In this document: piece after piece, positions 13,201-27,599 of the stretch
Layout: every line of letters begins with the position of its first letter
Numbering within the stretch: the stretch's first letter is position 1
NCBI RefSeq assembly: GCF_009914755.1
Contig: NC_060930.1
DNA: 64,000 bases
Source: the human T2T-CHM13v2.0 reference genome, Homo sapiens
Reading direction: 5' to 3' (one strand)
Notes under the pieces: model-generated
Told to the model about the DNA's origin: nothing
Database searches by the model: none
What the model saw: only the letters and a program-made list of their open reading frames with translations
Made by a program: the position numbers and the translations under genes

Positions 13201-14238
13201 CTGATGGCTTAAGGAACATAGCCAGATCTTCCCGAGTCCGAGGCTCGTTATGGTTGTCCACTGATGATCTGCCATTTCGTTTATGTTACAGAATAAACAG
13301 GGAAAGTGTTTGTAGTCTGGTTGGTTAACACTGTATTTTGCCTTATTCTTTCAAAGATCTAAACTAGTGGAAGGCAACCTGTAGAACCCGCTTCCATGTC
13401 CTTTATCTTGAATGATTCCTGAAACAGCCTTTCTCCAAACCTGCTCCAGAAGTCCCTGAATTAATCCTTAGAGCCCAGGAAGTGAAGATGTCTTTCAAAG
13501 ATGCCGATTGGGTAACAGAAGCTAAGCACAGAGAAGGCAGTAGAGGGCCTTATTGCGTGGTCCTAAGTTGTGTGCCAAAAAACAGAGAAGTGTCCCTGAG
13601 CACCAGGTGTGGTCTCCCCTGCCAGCCCCTCGATGACCAGGTCATAAAGATAACTGCAATCCTTTACTGAGGTCTTACTAAGTGCTAGGCACTGAGTCTA
13701 ATGCTTTCCAGGCACTGCATCTAATGCTTTTTGTAATTTTTCTTAAAAAAAAAACCCTATATTATCAGGTCTGTGGTTTAATCACATTGTACCAATACTA
13801 TTTTTTGGCCTTGCAATTGTGCTATGGTTATGTAAGATTTTAATATAATAGGAAGCTGGGTGAAGGATATAGGGACTGTTCTATACCTTTTTGGAAATTT
13901 TCTGTAAGTTTAAAATTAGTTCAAAATAAAAAGTTACAAACAAAATTAGAAGCTTGTTTTTAACGGCAGAAAAGGAATAAAAATTTAGAGATTAAGCCAC
14001 TACACATAAGAGAATGTGACAACATTCGAGCCCAGGGCTTTTGGAATCCTCAGCCCATGCCCTTCACCACTGCCCACCATGTTAATCCTGGGTAACAGAT
14101 AGGCCCTGCCTAAATCAGTTACGCACACAGCCCCCTACCTATGTTAACATAATTTTACTATTCAACTGTCTTTGCTAATGTGATACTACTATTCCACTGT
14201 CTTTATCAACATGACTTTACTATTCCAGGACATTATTG

Positions 14239-15412
14239 CTGTAGGAGATAAAAATTGCAAATAATTATTTTTGTTTCAAGAACTTCCCCCTCAAAAAATC
14301 TATTTAAATGAACATCAAATTCTTCAACTTTCAATAATTAGTATCCAGACTTTTTGAAACCCTCACCTCAAAACCTTCATCTTAATGAATGTGTCCATCA
14401 ATCTTAAATTATTGTATCACCATCCTTGCCCAGTCCTAATTCTGCTTTGAAAGATCAGCATCACACCATCACTGGCCATCAGAGAAATGCAAATCAAAAC
14501 CACAATGAGATACCATCTCACACCAGTTAGAATGGCAATCATTAAAAAGTCAGGAAACAACAGGTGCTGGAGAGGATGTGGAGAAATAGGAACACTTTTA
14601 CACTGTTGGTGGGACTGTAAACTAGTTCAACCATTGTGGAAGTCAGTGTGGCGATTCCTCAGGGATCTAGAACTAGAAATACCATTTGACCCAGTGATCC
14701 CATTACTGGGTATATACCCAAAGGACTATAAATCATGCTGCTGTAAAGACACATGCACACATATGTTTATTGCGGCATTATTCACAATAGCAAAGACTTG
14801 GAACCAACCCAAATGTCCAACAATGATAGACTGGATTAAGAAAATGTGGCACATATACACCATGGAATACTATGCAGCTATAAAAATGATGAGTTCATGT
14901 CCTTTGTAGGGACATGGATGAAATTGGAAATCATCATTTTCAGTAAACTATCGCAAGAACAAAAAACCAAACACTGCATGTTCTCACTCATAGGTGGGAA
15001 TTGAACAATGAGAACACATGGACACAGGAAGGGGAACATCACACTCTGGGGACTGTTGTGGGGTGGGGGGAGGGGGAAGGGACAACATTGGGAGCTATAC
15101 CTAATGCTAGATGACAAGTTAGTGGGTGCAGCGCACCAGCATCGCACATGTATACATATGTAACTACCCTGCACATTGTGCACATGTACCCTAAAACTTA
15201 AAGTATAATAATAATAAATTAAATAAAAAATAAAAAAAAGAAAGATCAGCATCAAACCTTTCAAATCTTGTAAATATCCTGACTTTGCCTTCCTCCCTCA
15301 GAGATGCTACTAGGACTCTGTCAAGGTAGTGCTTTTTATCACCCACAAGAATAAACTTCATTTTGCCTTACCAACATTGTTTTGTTGTTATTTTTGGGAA
15401 AAAGCATCCAAC
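14239..15412 (+). mobile_element. Old ERV-type solo LTR interrupted by L1
   Basis: tgtaggagat start; aataaact...ccaaca end; split by the L1 at 14464-15239. Confidence 0.5.
14464..15239 (+). mobile_element. 5'-truncated young L1 (L1PA2-like)
   Basis: Open ORF2 C-terminus ([21 protein letters not shown]), 3'UTR, poly(A); perfect 15-bp TSD GAAAGATCAGCATCA at 14449-14463 and 15240-15254. Confidence 0.95.
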
Positions 15413-15527
15413 AATTTTCTCAGGACTGTCAAAACTGCTGTTTCTTGACAAACATTCCTTCTATTTGAGAAAAGGTTTGAACTGTTTTATACTTTTATTT
15501 TTTGAACTATAGTTTCTGTTACCTTAG

Positions 15528-15947
15528 GAGTGTGCTTTAACATAACACTTACAGCAGCAATCCTCTTAGCCCATTGGAGCTAGAATGCCCACTGTGTCCC
15601 TTCCATGGGCTCCTGAAGAGACAAAGCAGCTCTTTGAAACAAACAACAAATAAAGCCTTGCCATGAAGCAGGGATCCAGCCCAAAAAGGAGTAGCCCAAA
15701 CAAACAGTAGTTATTCGGCCAGCGTTTCTGACAGTTCTGATACAAGGAGACTCCTGGGCCCTGTGAGGCCTTGAGCCAGCTCTGGAAGCTCTGCTGTGAG
15801 TGGTTAAGGCCTGAGATTCACACCAAGGAGCAGATGTTAGACTTGCTGTTGCTTGAGCTGTTCCTGGCCATTCTGCCCGAGGAGCTCCTGGCCTGGATGC
15901 ATGAGTATCATCCAAAGAATGGAGAGGAGGCAGTGGTTTTGCTGGAG
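15528..15947 (+). pseudogene. SCAN pseudo-exon of a SCAN-KRAB-ZNF pseudogene
   Basis: Acceptor accttag|gagtg; ATG 15585; in-frame stops at 15651, 15708, 15729, 15738; then [34 protein letters not shown]...GEEAVVLLE; donor gag|gtaaga. Confidence 0.92.
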
Positions 15948-15976
15948 GTAAGAAAGGGTCCTATACACTTGGGTAG

Positions 15977-16511
<535 letters not shown>

Positions 16512-16559
16512 ATTAGTGTTGACACTTGTGTCATATGGCTCCCTTGGAGACCTTAGAAT

Positions 16560-16990
16560 CATCCATCATTTGGCAAATATATATTACTTTTTATGTGCTA
16601 GGTACTGTTCAAGGCTCTAGGAATAGTGAACAAAGCAGAAATGATCTTTGCTTTCATGGAGACAATCTTATGACAGAGGTACTAAACACGCAAATAAATA
16701 TACTGTGACAGATTGTATATGGAGAGAGAGTGTAGTCAGGAAGGTCTCTTTGAGGAAGTAATATGGGAGCTGAATCTTAAAAGTGATGTAGAAATTAGCT
16801 AAGTGAATAATAGAGAGGAAAGCATTCCAGACCACAACAGCATGTGCAAAAACTGGAGTGGGAAAGAAATTGGTGGGTTTGAGGAATTGAAAGAAAACCA
16901 GTGTGACTGGAGCGTGGACACAGAGACCTAGAGAAGAGGTGGTCAGGGGCCTGGACATGAGAGCTTTGTGGCTCCTGTTAAGAAGTCAGA
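16560..16990 (-). mobile_element. L2 3' fragment
   Basis: tatgtgctaggtactgttc...tcagggaaggtctct...gaaagcattccaga L2 pattern. Confidence 0.65.
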
Positions 16991-18009
16991 AAATGTCAGC
17001 TACTCAGGAGGCTGAGGCAGGAAGATCGCTTGAGTCCAAGTGTCTGAGACCAACCTGGGCAACATAGCGAGACTCCAGTCCCCCCACCAATACGTCAGTA
17101 AATATTTAGCTTTCACAGTGTGTAAAACCTAGCTTTGGTGTCTATGAGGGTCCCTGCCCTAAAGGAGTTGGGTACCAATAAAAAGATTGCCTCATTTGAG
17201 GCAGTGAACGATTGCCAAATCAGAGATAACAGTTCTGAGAAGGGAGAAATCTGTCTTTTCAGGCCCTCATGGTGGTGTTAGTGGAATGATTGGAATTTGA
17301 ACTGGATCATAAAGAACTGGTAACATTTCACTGGGCAGACAGCATCAGGAATGATGTACCTCATACTTACCCCTCTTCTAGCTCTCTGTCCCTCTATTAT
17401 CTTCTTCCATCACATTAAGACTTGTAGTCATTCATCCCTTTTTTCCTCTCAATGTTTCTTTCCTTCCCTGCCCCATCAGACCCATGGTACATTTCAGTTT
17501 TTTGCAAATATGGCCAACATTTTTCCACCCCGCTGCCACATACTCACATGAACACACACACCTCCACCTTGTTGAACTAGTATTGTAAAATACCACCTCT
17601 GACCAAACCTTCTCCCTTGTTCTGCCAACCCAATTCATAGCTATTCTTCAAGATTCAACTCAGCTGTCACCTTCTTTAGGAAGCCTTTCTTGATACCCTC
17701 CCACATGTTTGAGTTATATGATGCACCTTGTGCATATTTCTGTCATAGCATTAGCATACTATATTACTGCTTCACTTGTCTGAAGTTCCTGTTTATCCCC
17801 CACAACTGATATGTAGAAAATGCTCAGTAAAGGTGAATGATGAGGTCTGAGCAGAGGAATAATGTGGAAAAGTACAAATAATGATAAGAGGATGGGAGTG
17901 TATCAGCTTGGCTGAGACTGAGTAGCCAATAGAGGAAGAATGCTAACAAGGTGGTCTGGAACAAAACTGTAGAGAGCCTATTTTTATTTTCTTCTTTTCT
18001 TGAGATGGG

Positions 18010-18372
18010 GGTTTGGTTTGGCTGTGCGTCCCCACCCAAATCTCATCTCGAATTGTAATCCCGTGTGTCCAGGGAGAAACCTGGTGGGAGATGACTGGAT
18101 CATGGGGGCAGTTTCCCCCATGCTGTTCTCGTGATAGTGAGGGAGTTCTCATGAGATCTGATGGTTTTAAAAAAGTAGCAGTTTTCCTTGCGCACTTTCT
18201 CTTTCCTGCCACCTTGTGAAGAAGGTACTTGCTTCTCCTTAACCTTCCACCATGATTGTAAGTTTCCTGAGGCATTCCCAGGCATGCAGAACTGGGTCAA
18301 TTAAGCCTCTTTTGTTTGTAAATTACCCAGTCTCAGGATCTTTATAGCAGTGTGAAGATGGACTATATATAC
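18010..18372 (+). mobile_element. MaLR solo LTR (THE1D/MSTA-like)
   Basis: tggtttggctgtg...ccccacccaaatctcatct...aattacccagtctcagg. Confidence 0.85.
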
Positions 18373-19559
18373 AAGCAGGAACTAACACGTGCCCTGTAAA
18401 CTAGATATAAGCTGGATTGCAGAGGGAGGAGAAAAAGGACCACTTTGAAGACTATTGCTATAGTTCCAACTCAACATTATGAGGGCCAACAGTAGGGCAG
18501 TTTCAGGAGGTGGATGGAGAGGGAGAGAGAGATGTAGCTAGATCGCTTGTCCTAAAGCTCCAGAGGGTACTGGAAAGAGGACAGAATGGCTCTTTTTAAC
18601 ACATCTCCTGGCTTCAGTAAGGATCCAGGGTATCAGGGTTGGAATCTTCCTAAGTCTGATGGGTGGAAATGATGCTCACTTTCCCAAAAGAAAATGAAAA
18701 ACATCATTTTTGGAAATAGTGTCATCTAAAAAATATGAGCTATGTTTTCTTCATTATGGTCTTCTTTGTTATACCTAGGGAGGACTTTTAATGACTATAG
18801 GATACGTCTTACCTATAGGGGTATGTTTGTTCATTCATTTTGAAATGCATGTTTTCCAAATTTTCTAGTAATAGCATTATTAGAAAATAAGGTGTTCCGC
18901 ATGCTAGGGTTTCCCTAAATAGCTGAGGCTTGCCATTTGTTGGTCAAACTTTATTATTTAATGGGCAACTTACTGAGATGTATAACATATTCTTGGAGTA
19001 GGGTGAACACAAATGATCCTTTTCATGAAGATTTAAATTAATTATAATTAATTTAATTAATAAAACTATTGTTCATAATTTAGAAATTAATATTTATAAA
19101 TTATGGACACTAGTGCTCACTCTGGCCTGCAAATCACTGCTGCCCTTAGAGGCTCTAGGTAGGTAGGTCTATCAGATTTATCCTAAAATGGTAGCAGACT
19201 GCCATATTAATAGATAGCAGGTGTAGAATTTAAATAGTCTGTCTCCAGAGCCCATGTTCTTAACTCCATAGTAGAGATGGAATGTAAAAATGTGAGAGAG
19301 GTGAAGAGTTAGGAAAATGAAATTGGAAAGGTAAGCAGGGGCAGTCTCACATCAGAGTGATGTGATTGTGCATCTGGATGACTTTAAAAATTTATCAGTG
19401 GCGGGCCTCACCCTCAGAAACTGGATTTTCTTTAGACAAGAGTGGGGCCCAGGCATGGGCTTGCTTTTTTTTCTTAACTCTCCAGGTGTAGCTAGGGTCG
19501 AGAATCCCAGTTCTAGGATCATGAAGGGCTTGTATGCTCAACAGATGAGTTCTTTAATA

Positions 19560-21100
19560 GTAAATTAAATTGTTTTGATAATTTTTATCAATTTCTGAGG
19601 TCACCATTCTTGTATACTAACACCTTTCCTCTGGGTTCACTCTTGTTGAAGTCTATCCTTTAAAACTTACTTTAGTGAGGTTCTTTGGGTGGTGGACTGA
19701 GCTTTTGCCATGTTTGAAAGTTCTCTTATTTTGCCCTTCCTTTGAAATAATGACTTAGCTGGGATAAAATTCTAAATTGACTTTTTTTCCCTTAGCCTTT
19801 TGAAGATACTATTAATACTTCACTGTCTTCTAGCTTCTATTGTTTGCTGGCAAAAAGCTACTGGCAGTCTAAATGCCTTTAAAAAAAGATTCAATTTTTT
19901 CTCTTTAGTAGCTTTTTAAATTTACTCTTAACTTTTATGCTCTGAGTTTCACTAAGTATGTCCAATACGTTTTATTTTTGTTCATCTCGCTTGGCCTATA
20001 AATGCACTTTTGCTCTAATACCCATGTTTTTCTTCAATCTGGGGAATTCTCAGCTATGAGTTCCTTAAATAAGCATCTTTTTAATTCCTTATATTATTGT
20101 CTGCTGGAGCTTCCAACATGTACTCATTAGAACCACTTATCAATCATCCATTCTACTTAACTGCTTTTTCATATGTTTTATGTCTTTGTCTCTCTACAGT
20201 ACATCCTAGTGGATTCTTCTTCTACTATCTTCCAGTTTATTCTCCCTTTCGCTGTCTTCAGCTTATCCATTTCATTGAAGATTTTATTTCAAAAATGATT
20301 ATTTCTAAAATTTCTATTTAGTTTTCATAGCAATTATCCTTGTTCTGCTTGTTTCATAATTGTATGTTTATTTGCCATGGATGGTATGTTATCATTTGTC
20401 TTCTTTTCCCATATCTTTAATCTATTAATTTCATCAGGCTGTTTGATGAAAGTAATTTCATGTGGATTGAATTCATGTTCCAGTTGGTCATTTTGTAACC
20501 ATCTTTCTTAGCATTCAATTCATTTGTTTTGAAATTTCTATTTCTAGGTTCATTTTGAGTTCTGGTCTATTTACCTTCTACTCTTCTTTGTTTACCAATT
20601 CTGTTGTACCTTTACCTGCACCTCCTCCCCCAGAACCAGGTTTTATACAGTGATATTTTAGGACTACTGTTCCATGTGATATCACAAATATCATCAATGT
20701 AGTCACAGGTTTACAGATGGCTTCACATGGTTCTTGGTCACAGGGTTCTATCTTGCTCTGTGCATTTTAAGGTACTTGTGTATGTGGGTGCCTGTGTGTT
20801 CCACCTAGCCTTTGGCACCAGGCAGTATGATGGTGCCAGTCCCCCCTCTCATGGAGCACTTGTAGTTCTCCAGGTTCCCCTGGTGACAAGACTTCAGTCA
20901 CTGTGTAAGACCAGGAGCCCAGCAGGCCCAGAGCTTCAGCTATAGCCACCATTCTGTGTTTTTGCTTCCTTTCTGGTCCACAGAAATGTTTATCTTGTTG
21001 GGTTTTTTCTTTTTCTTTTTTTTTTTTTTTTAAGCACAGATGTGTTTACAGATTTTTATCTATTACTTTTTGTATTTGGAGATGAAGTATGAACTCACTG
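19560..21100 (-). mobile_element. Ancient L1M fragment(s)
   Basis: T-rich antisense L1M-like phrases (cactgtcttctagcttctattgtt; ttcttcaatctggggaattctcagcta). Confidence 0.5.
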
Positions 21101-21377
21101 TGCCATCTTGACTGGAAATACACCATTTTCCTCAACCTCTTTTATTCAGTTACAAATTGAGTTTCTATGTTGTGCTTCTTTTTTATAATAATCCATATAT
21201 TTTCTTCTGATGCTAATATGGATTTTAGTTATTATATCTGTAGTAGTCTTTTGGATGCCATCTATGATAGCCACTTTTTTTATCTGCTAATGGTTCTAAA
21301 AGACTATGTTCTTTTATAAATGTGTATCTGTGCAATTTGCTTTCAGATTCTGCACACAGATATAGTTCAGGTAGCTC

Positions 21378-21780
21378 TACGGTTTGAACCTGTCCCCCAG
21401 AGTTCACATGCTGGAAACTCAATCCCCAGTGCAACAGTGTTGAGAAGTGGGATATTTAAGAGGTGACTAGGTTATGAGGGCTCTGCCCTCATGAAAAGAT
21501 TAATGTCTTTATTGTGGGAGTGGGTTAGTTATCATGGGAGTAGGTTCCTAATAAAAGGATGAGTTTGGTGCGTTTTTCCCCCCGACCCCTTTCCCCTTTT
21601 CTTTCTCTCTCTTCCCCTCCACCTTCTACCATAGAATGACATTGCAGGAAGGCCCTCACCAGATGTCAGCAACTTGATCTTGGACCTTCAAGCCTCCAGA
21701 AGTCAGGAAATAAATTTCTGTTCTTTATAAATTACCTCGTCTATGTATACTGTTATAGCAGCACAAAATGGACCAAGACA
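21378..21780 (+). mobile_element. MaLR solo LTR (MLT1A/MSTD-like)
   Basis: gagggctctgccctcatgaa, aaggccctcaccagatg, aataaatttctgttctttataaattacc, gaccaagaca end. Confidence 0.85.
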
Positions 21781-21961
21781 GGTAGCTGTAACATAAAGTT
21801 TTAAAGCACCCAAAGACTTTAAGATAACCTTAAATAACCACTAACAGTGAGAGGGTTTTAAGCAGTGTGACAAGCTGGTATGGTGAGATTATTGCAGGCT
21901 CTGGTGTAAAACAAGTCCCCAAGAGAAGGTTGATCTCACTCTTGGCAATGTGCTTTCTCAG

Positions 21962-22011
21962 TTCTGCCTCATCCCTGTGTTCCTGCCCTTCACAGAAGTT
22001 CCAAGACCCAG
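21962..22011 (+). pseudogene. Short pre-KRAB pseudo-exon
   Basis: ttctcag|; (V)LPHPCVPALHRSSKTQ; phase 1 in and phase 0 out, like ZKSCAN8 exon 4; donor atgaga (GT>AT). Confidence 0.55.
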
Positions 22012-22386
22012 ATGAGAGTCATTTTTCTCAAGACAGGTTGCTTAGTGAACTTTATTCCTCATCCACATTCTCGAAGATTTGAATTCACTGTCTCACCGTG
22101 GCTCCTTTTCTTCTTCGTCCGAGTCTCTTTAGTCAACACATTTTAGCACAATGAATCCCTTTGCCTCTGCCTAGAGTTAGCTGTGACTTGTCCGTGTCCT
22201 AGTGCTTCAACTGTCTTCATGATTTGTCTTTTTTTTTTTCCATTTAATGTTCCTTATCCACTCAAAACACTGCTTTTCTCTGTGTTCTTCCTATGTAGTT
22301 ACAAATTCTCCCCTTTACTCTGGGTCCTAAAAATGGGATTAAGTTCAGGCAAATATGCCTTGGGTATGAAAATCTCATGTTTTCAA

Positions 22387-22513
22387 AAACTATAGATTAC
22401 TGAGGATATGGCCACATCTCCTGCCCTGGAGAAATGACGGTATTGAGATCCTGCTCAGAGGAACCTCTCCAGGAAAGACAGGCAGAGGAATTATAGGAAC
22501 ATGGATCCCCTGG
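22387..22513 (+). pseudogene. KRAB-A pseudo-exon
   Basis: Canonical 127 nt; KL*ITEDMATSPALEK*RY*DPAQRNLSRKDRQRNYRNMDPL; acceptor AG>AA; donor ctgg|gtaaag. Confidence 0.85.
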
Positions 22514-23181
22514 GTAAAGACAGATGCAAGTTGAGGGTCTGTTAAAGAACCTCCTCTCTCTTAGTGACTGTTAGCCTGGGAAGTCTGAAATGACCCACAG
22601 AATGCAGCTTGAAGCTTGACAGATCCCCAGTGTTCTCTACAAAAACAGTAGTGAGGTCTTTAGGGACCAAAGCAATTTCTGTTCTATCCCCGTGATAACA
22701 TCTTGTTTTGTCTAAGGTGTCTAATCTCTTTGTTCTGCACATGGGAAATGGGATACTTCCCTGTGCTCTGATTCCCTGATTTTTTCGGTATTCCCAGAGG
22801 CCTTCAGGGCAACCTGCACAGAACAATTTCATGGCACTCATGGGGTACCTGCCACCGTTGACTTCCTTTCTCTCTTTTTATTTTTCTCTACTCAACTTTG
22901 GGCCTTTCCTGGTGAACATATTCTTATCTTAGATCTCTTCTGTTGTTTACTTTGCTTCCTCATTGGATCATGATTATCATTCCTCCCTATTTTTCTCCAT
23001 TCTTTTCTTCAATCATGCCTTCGAAGTTCAGTCCATCCTGTCTTCCATTACCATCCCTCAATTTCCTCCTCAAATGTTTTAAAACCATTTTGTTGGTATG
23101 TTTGAGCCATCTACTTCTAGTATATGTATTTTAGTTCCTGTATACCCCAGTGACATTTGAATGCTCTACTTTTTATTTCAG

Positions 23182-24560
23182 ATTATGTTATCAGAATCAA
23201 TAAAATAGAACTGATTCAAGGGCAGGAACTTACTGTAGATATGGAATCCCAAGAAAAGTTACCTGGAAAATCAATGAAAGGCTTCTGAATGAGAAGAAAC
23301 CCAAGAACATGAAAGATGGACAGAAATATATCAGAGAGCCGAGTGCAGTGGCTCACACTTAGAATCCCACCACTCCAGGTGGAGATGGGCGGATCACCTG
23401 AGGTCAGGAGTTTGAGACCAGACTAGCCAACATGGTGAAACCCCGTCTCTACTAAAAATACAAAAATTAGCCAGGTGTGGTGGTGTAAGCCTGTAATCCC
23501 AGCTACTTGGGAGGCTGAGAGGAGAATCCCTTGAACCTGGGAGCCTCAGGTTGCACTGAGCCAAGATCACGTCACTGCACTCCAGCCTGGGCGACAGAGC
23601 GAGACTCCGTCTTATACAAACAAACAAACAAAAAACAAAGAAATATATCAGAGAAACACAATCAACTGAGAGAAAATATATGTGTGATGAATGTGGGAAA
23701 ACATTCACTCAAAACTCAAGCCCCATTAGACATAAAATAATCTGTACTGGTAACACACCCTCTTCATGTAATGTATGTAGCAAAACTTTTACTCAGAGCT
23801 CACAACTTACTGACCATCAGAGAATACATAGCCATATAAAACCCTATCAGTGTGATGAGTGTGAAAAAGTCTTTTATTACAGTTCATATCTTATTCAGCA
23901 TTGAAGGACCCACACAGGAGAAACCTTTCCAATGTAGTGAGTGTGGGAAAGTCTTTCATCACAGCTCAGATGTTATTTGACACCAGAGAACTCACACGGA
24001 AAAGAAACCATACCAGTGTAATGATTGTGGGAAATCCTCTCTGAGTTCATATCTGAGACAACATCAGAGTTCATACTGAAGAGAAGCCATAGCAGTGTAG
24101 TGAGTGAGGGAAAAGCTTTAGCTAGTGCTTGGGCCTCTTCTGTCACCAGAAAATCCACAGTGGAAAGAAACTATATGAATGTGACAAGCGTGGAAAGGCC
24201 TTCAGATACAGTTCAGCTCTTGTTGGACACCAGCGAATCCACGGTAGAGAGAAGCCCTATGAGTGTGATGTGTGTGGGAAAGCTTTCAGTAACAGCTCAC
24301 ATCTTTTGAGACACCAAAGAACCCACACTGGAGAAAAGCCCTGCAAATGTGATGCATATGGAAAAGCTTTCAGGCAGAGCTCACACCTCATTTTACATGA
24401 GCAAATCCACACTGGAAAGAAGCCCCGGTGATGTCAAGCGTGATGCAACATTGTTCATCTATGCTCATTCCTGTGGAACATCAAAAAAGCACAACTAGTA
24501 AAAGATGCCACCAATACAGTGATGCAGGGAACTCTGCAATCACTATTGCAATTTCAGCAG
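23182..24560 (+). pseudogene. ZNF602P: Zinc-finger pseudo-exon (~9 recognisable plus ~2 degraded fingers)
   Basis: Acceptor tttttatttcag as in ZKSCAN8; spacer split by an Alu; fingers with stops and frameshifts, e.g. [28 protein letters not shown]. Symbol from recalled locus order. Confidence 0.88.
23337..23638 (+). mobile_element. AluS inserted in a former coding exon
   Basis: 15-bp TSD AGAAATATATCAGAG at 23322-23336 and 23639-23653. Confidence 0.95.
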
Positions 24561-24574
24561 TCATTTAAAAATAC

Positions 24575-24891
24575 AGCCAGGCATGGTGGCTCATGCCTGT
24601 AATCCCAGCAGTTTTGGAGGTGAAGGTGGGGGATCACTTGAGACCAGGAGTTCAAGACCAGCCTGGGCAACATAGAAAAATTACATATAACAAAAAATTA
24701 CATACAACATACAAAAAATTTAAAAATTAGCTGGACATAGTGGTGCATGCCTGTAGTTCCAGCTACTCAGGAGTCTAAGGCAGGAGGATTGCTTGAGCTC
24801 AGGAGTTCAAGGTCACAATGAGCTATAATTACACCACCATACTCCAGCATGAACAACAGAGCAAGACTCTGTCCCAGAAAAAAGGAAAGAA
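24575..24891 (+). mobile_element. AluJ-type SINE
   Basis: Diverged dimer with a locally duplicated middle A-rich region. Confidence 0.88.
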
Positions 24892-25293
24892 AATACATGT
24901 GAAGGCTAAAATGGGCAAGCACCCGCAGGCTTGCTAAACAAGGCTTTCTGATTCTCTGCCATTAGGCACATCACCTGATAAACTGGGACTCTGAAGGAGC
25001 TTATTCCATACTCTCAAACTTTTCTCTAAAGCAAGTGGCTCAGGAAATCTAAAAATTCTATTAGATATATATTGGAGGTTTTAGCAATTACTACTGTTCT
25101 CTTTCCCCTTCCCTTTTTCTCCTCTTCTATTTGTTTCTTTGAAGTTGGAGTAATAAACTTCTCTAAAGTGTGAAATTAGAATTAACATCTGATCTACATA
25201 AAAAAGCCTTGTATTTTTTTAACTTGATAAAATACTATAGCTTTTTACTTACTTACCCTAAAAGCACTGTGAAATACAAAAGCCATTTTGTAA

Positions 25294-25794
25294 TATTAGA
25301 ATGAATTATTATTTACACAGGTAGGATAGTTCAGTGAAGGTAAAATAAGATTCATCACGCAAATTCCCAGTAACCTTTCACATCTTAAAGATGGCAAACA
25401 GTCCGAACGGGCTGTATTTGGCCTGCACAGGCATTTCCCCCCCAATGCAGTATTTTAAAAAATATTTAAAACTATTGCCATTATTTAAGAATCTGGAGAT
25501 TTCATATAAAATCTAACTTTCCAGATACTCTTACAAAAATGCATGACGTGACTACACTAGACACCACATTCCCACATGGCAACAGTTGATGAGCTGATTC
25601 ATTCTACTCTCATCTAGAACATAAAGTACTAAAAATACTGCATTGGGGGAGAAATGCCTGTGCAGGCCAAATACAGCCCATTTGGCCTGTTTGCCATCTT
25701 TAAGATGTGAAAGGTTACTGGGAATTTGGGTGATGAATCTTGTTTTACCCTCACTGAACCATCCTACCTATGTAAATAATAATTCATTCTAATA
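25294..25794. repeat. Inverted duplication: 163-bp arms, 175-bp spacer
   Basis: 25294-25456 is the reverse complement of 25632-25794 with 9 substitutions and no indels (manual count). Confidence 0.95.
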
Positions 25795-25880
25795 ATTCAT
25801 TCAAATTCATTCTACTCTCCAGTTGGACATGGTCCTCCCTGTCACACAGCTTCTGTTGCCTTATACTGCCCCCTTCATTC
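25390..25880. mobile_element. hAT-Charlie MER102-like element, interrupted by the inverted copy
   Basis: ggagatttcatataaaatc, cattcccacatggcaaca, ctctccagtt match recalled MER102. Confidence 0.6.
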
Positions 25881-27220
25881 AACCATTTAAACTGTGTGCC
25901 CTAAGGATTTCTTAGTGAGGCTTCAAGGACTCTAGATGCTTTACCACCCAAACAGCTTCACTTTCATTAGTTTTATATATTGGCCTTCCAATTAAATTTT
26001 TCCATGAAGAACAGGTTTTCTGCTAACAAATCTGAAGATTTAGATTAAAAATTTTAAATATATTCTTTGATCACCTGAAGTTAGAGGAAAGCCACTTCGA
26101 AATTTTATTTGGATAGAATTTGTAGGTAATCTACTGAAAGTCAACTATAATAGCTTCTAGCAGACTCCATAGAGACTACTTCTTTGGGTAAGATACAAAA
26201 CACATGAAGTGGGTCAACATTAAGTGTAATAGTGAAAAAACACTGGGCCAAACGCAGGTATTAAACTGAGGAGAGAATCATTTACATTTGAAGCATTTAG
26301 TAATAGGAGCAGTTGTGGAAAAATGGTAGGATGGGGCCAAAATGGGAAAGTGGAGAGGTAGGGGGAAAAAAGCAGCTAAGAATAAGGGAAGGATGGGAAT
26401 AAACTCTATGAGCAAAGGAAAGTGAAGAGAAATTGGGGGTAAAGGGAAAAAGTGGTTAAAAAGGACAAGGACATGACAAAAACAAACTGCAAAGAGGAAA
26501 TGGAAGCCAAACTAGTGAAAGTATAGTAAGGGAGAAAGCAGCAAACTTTAGAGAAATGTGAGATGGAAGCTGAAGGTCTCTGGAGGTTGGAGTACTTTAT
26601 GTTCTTTTTATCACTGTCTTCAGAGTAATAATCAACTTTTTATTTCCATGCCACGTAGGCCAAATGCCTTATATGAAGGATCCTAACCCAAATCTAAGTT
26701 TACTACTATTCCTTGAGGAACACTCAGGATCCTTGTCCTGTGTTAGTCTCTGAGTGTTGACATAGGATACCTCTCTTCTCTACCACTCTAGGCCCCAATT
26801 TGTTGAATCCTGCTCAGCCTAGATGTCACTTCAGCAAAAAGATTCTCCTGAGTAGCAAAAATATATGCTTGGCTTCTCCAAGAGGCATCCAGAGTGCTCC
26901 TTTGTGGGAAGAAGTTTGTCTATTCCCCCTCTCCATTCTGCAATAGTATTTTCTGAGATAATAATACCCATTCTAAGTTAAATAAATGATACATGCAAAA
27001 GGAAAAGCCCTTATAAACTATAGCAATAATAGCTGCCATTTGTTGAGCACTTACTGTGGTTCAGACATTGTACCAAGCACCTTATATATTTAATGTAAAC
27101 TTTCCAATTCTTCTTTTAGGTTCTGTATATTTTCTTAAACAATGTATAGATATAAATTATTCTTATGAAAAGTTTATAATAAAATGACAAGTTTTTATTA
27201 CATTAAAATGTCAAGTAGTG

Positions 27221-27599
<379 letters not shown>

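Noticed and set aside
12375-13328. Overlapping 60-140 aa ORFs on both strands
   Set aside because: CpG-island artefacts without recognisable homology.
26290-26570. Purine-rich tract (also 41560-41760)
   Set aside because: Low-complexity strand skew with no repeat unit or coding signal I can support.
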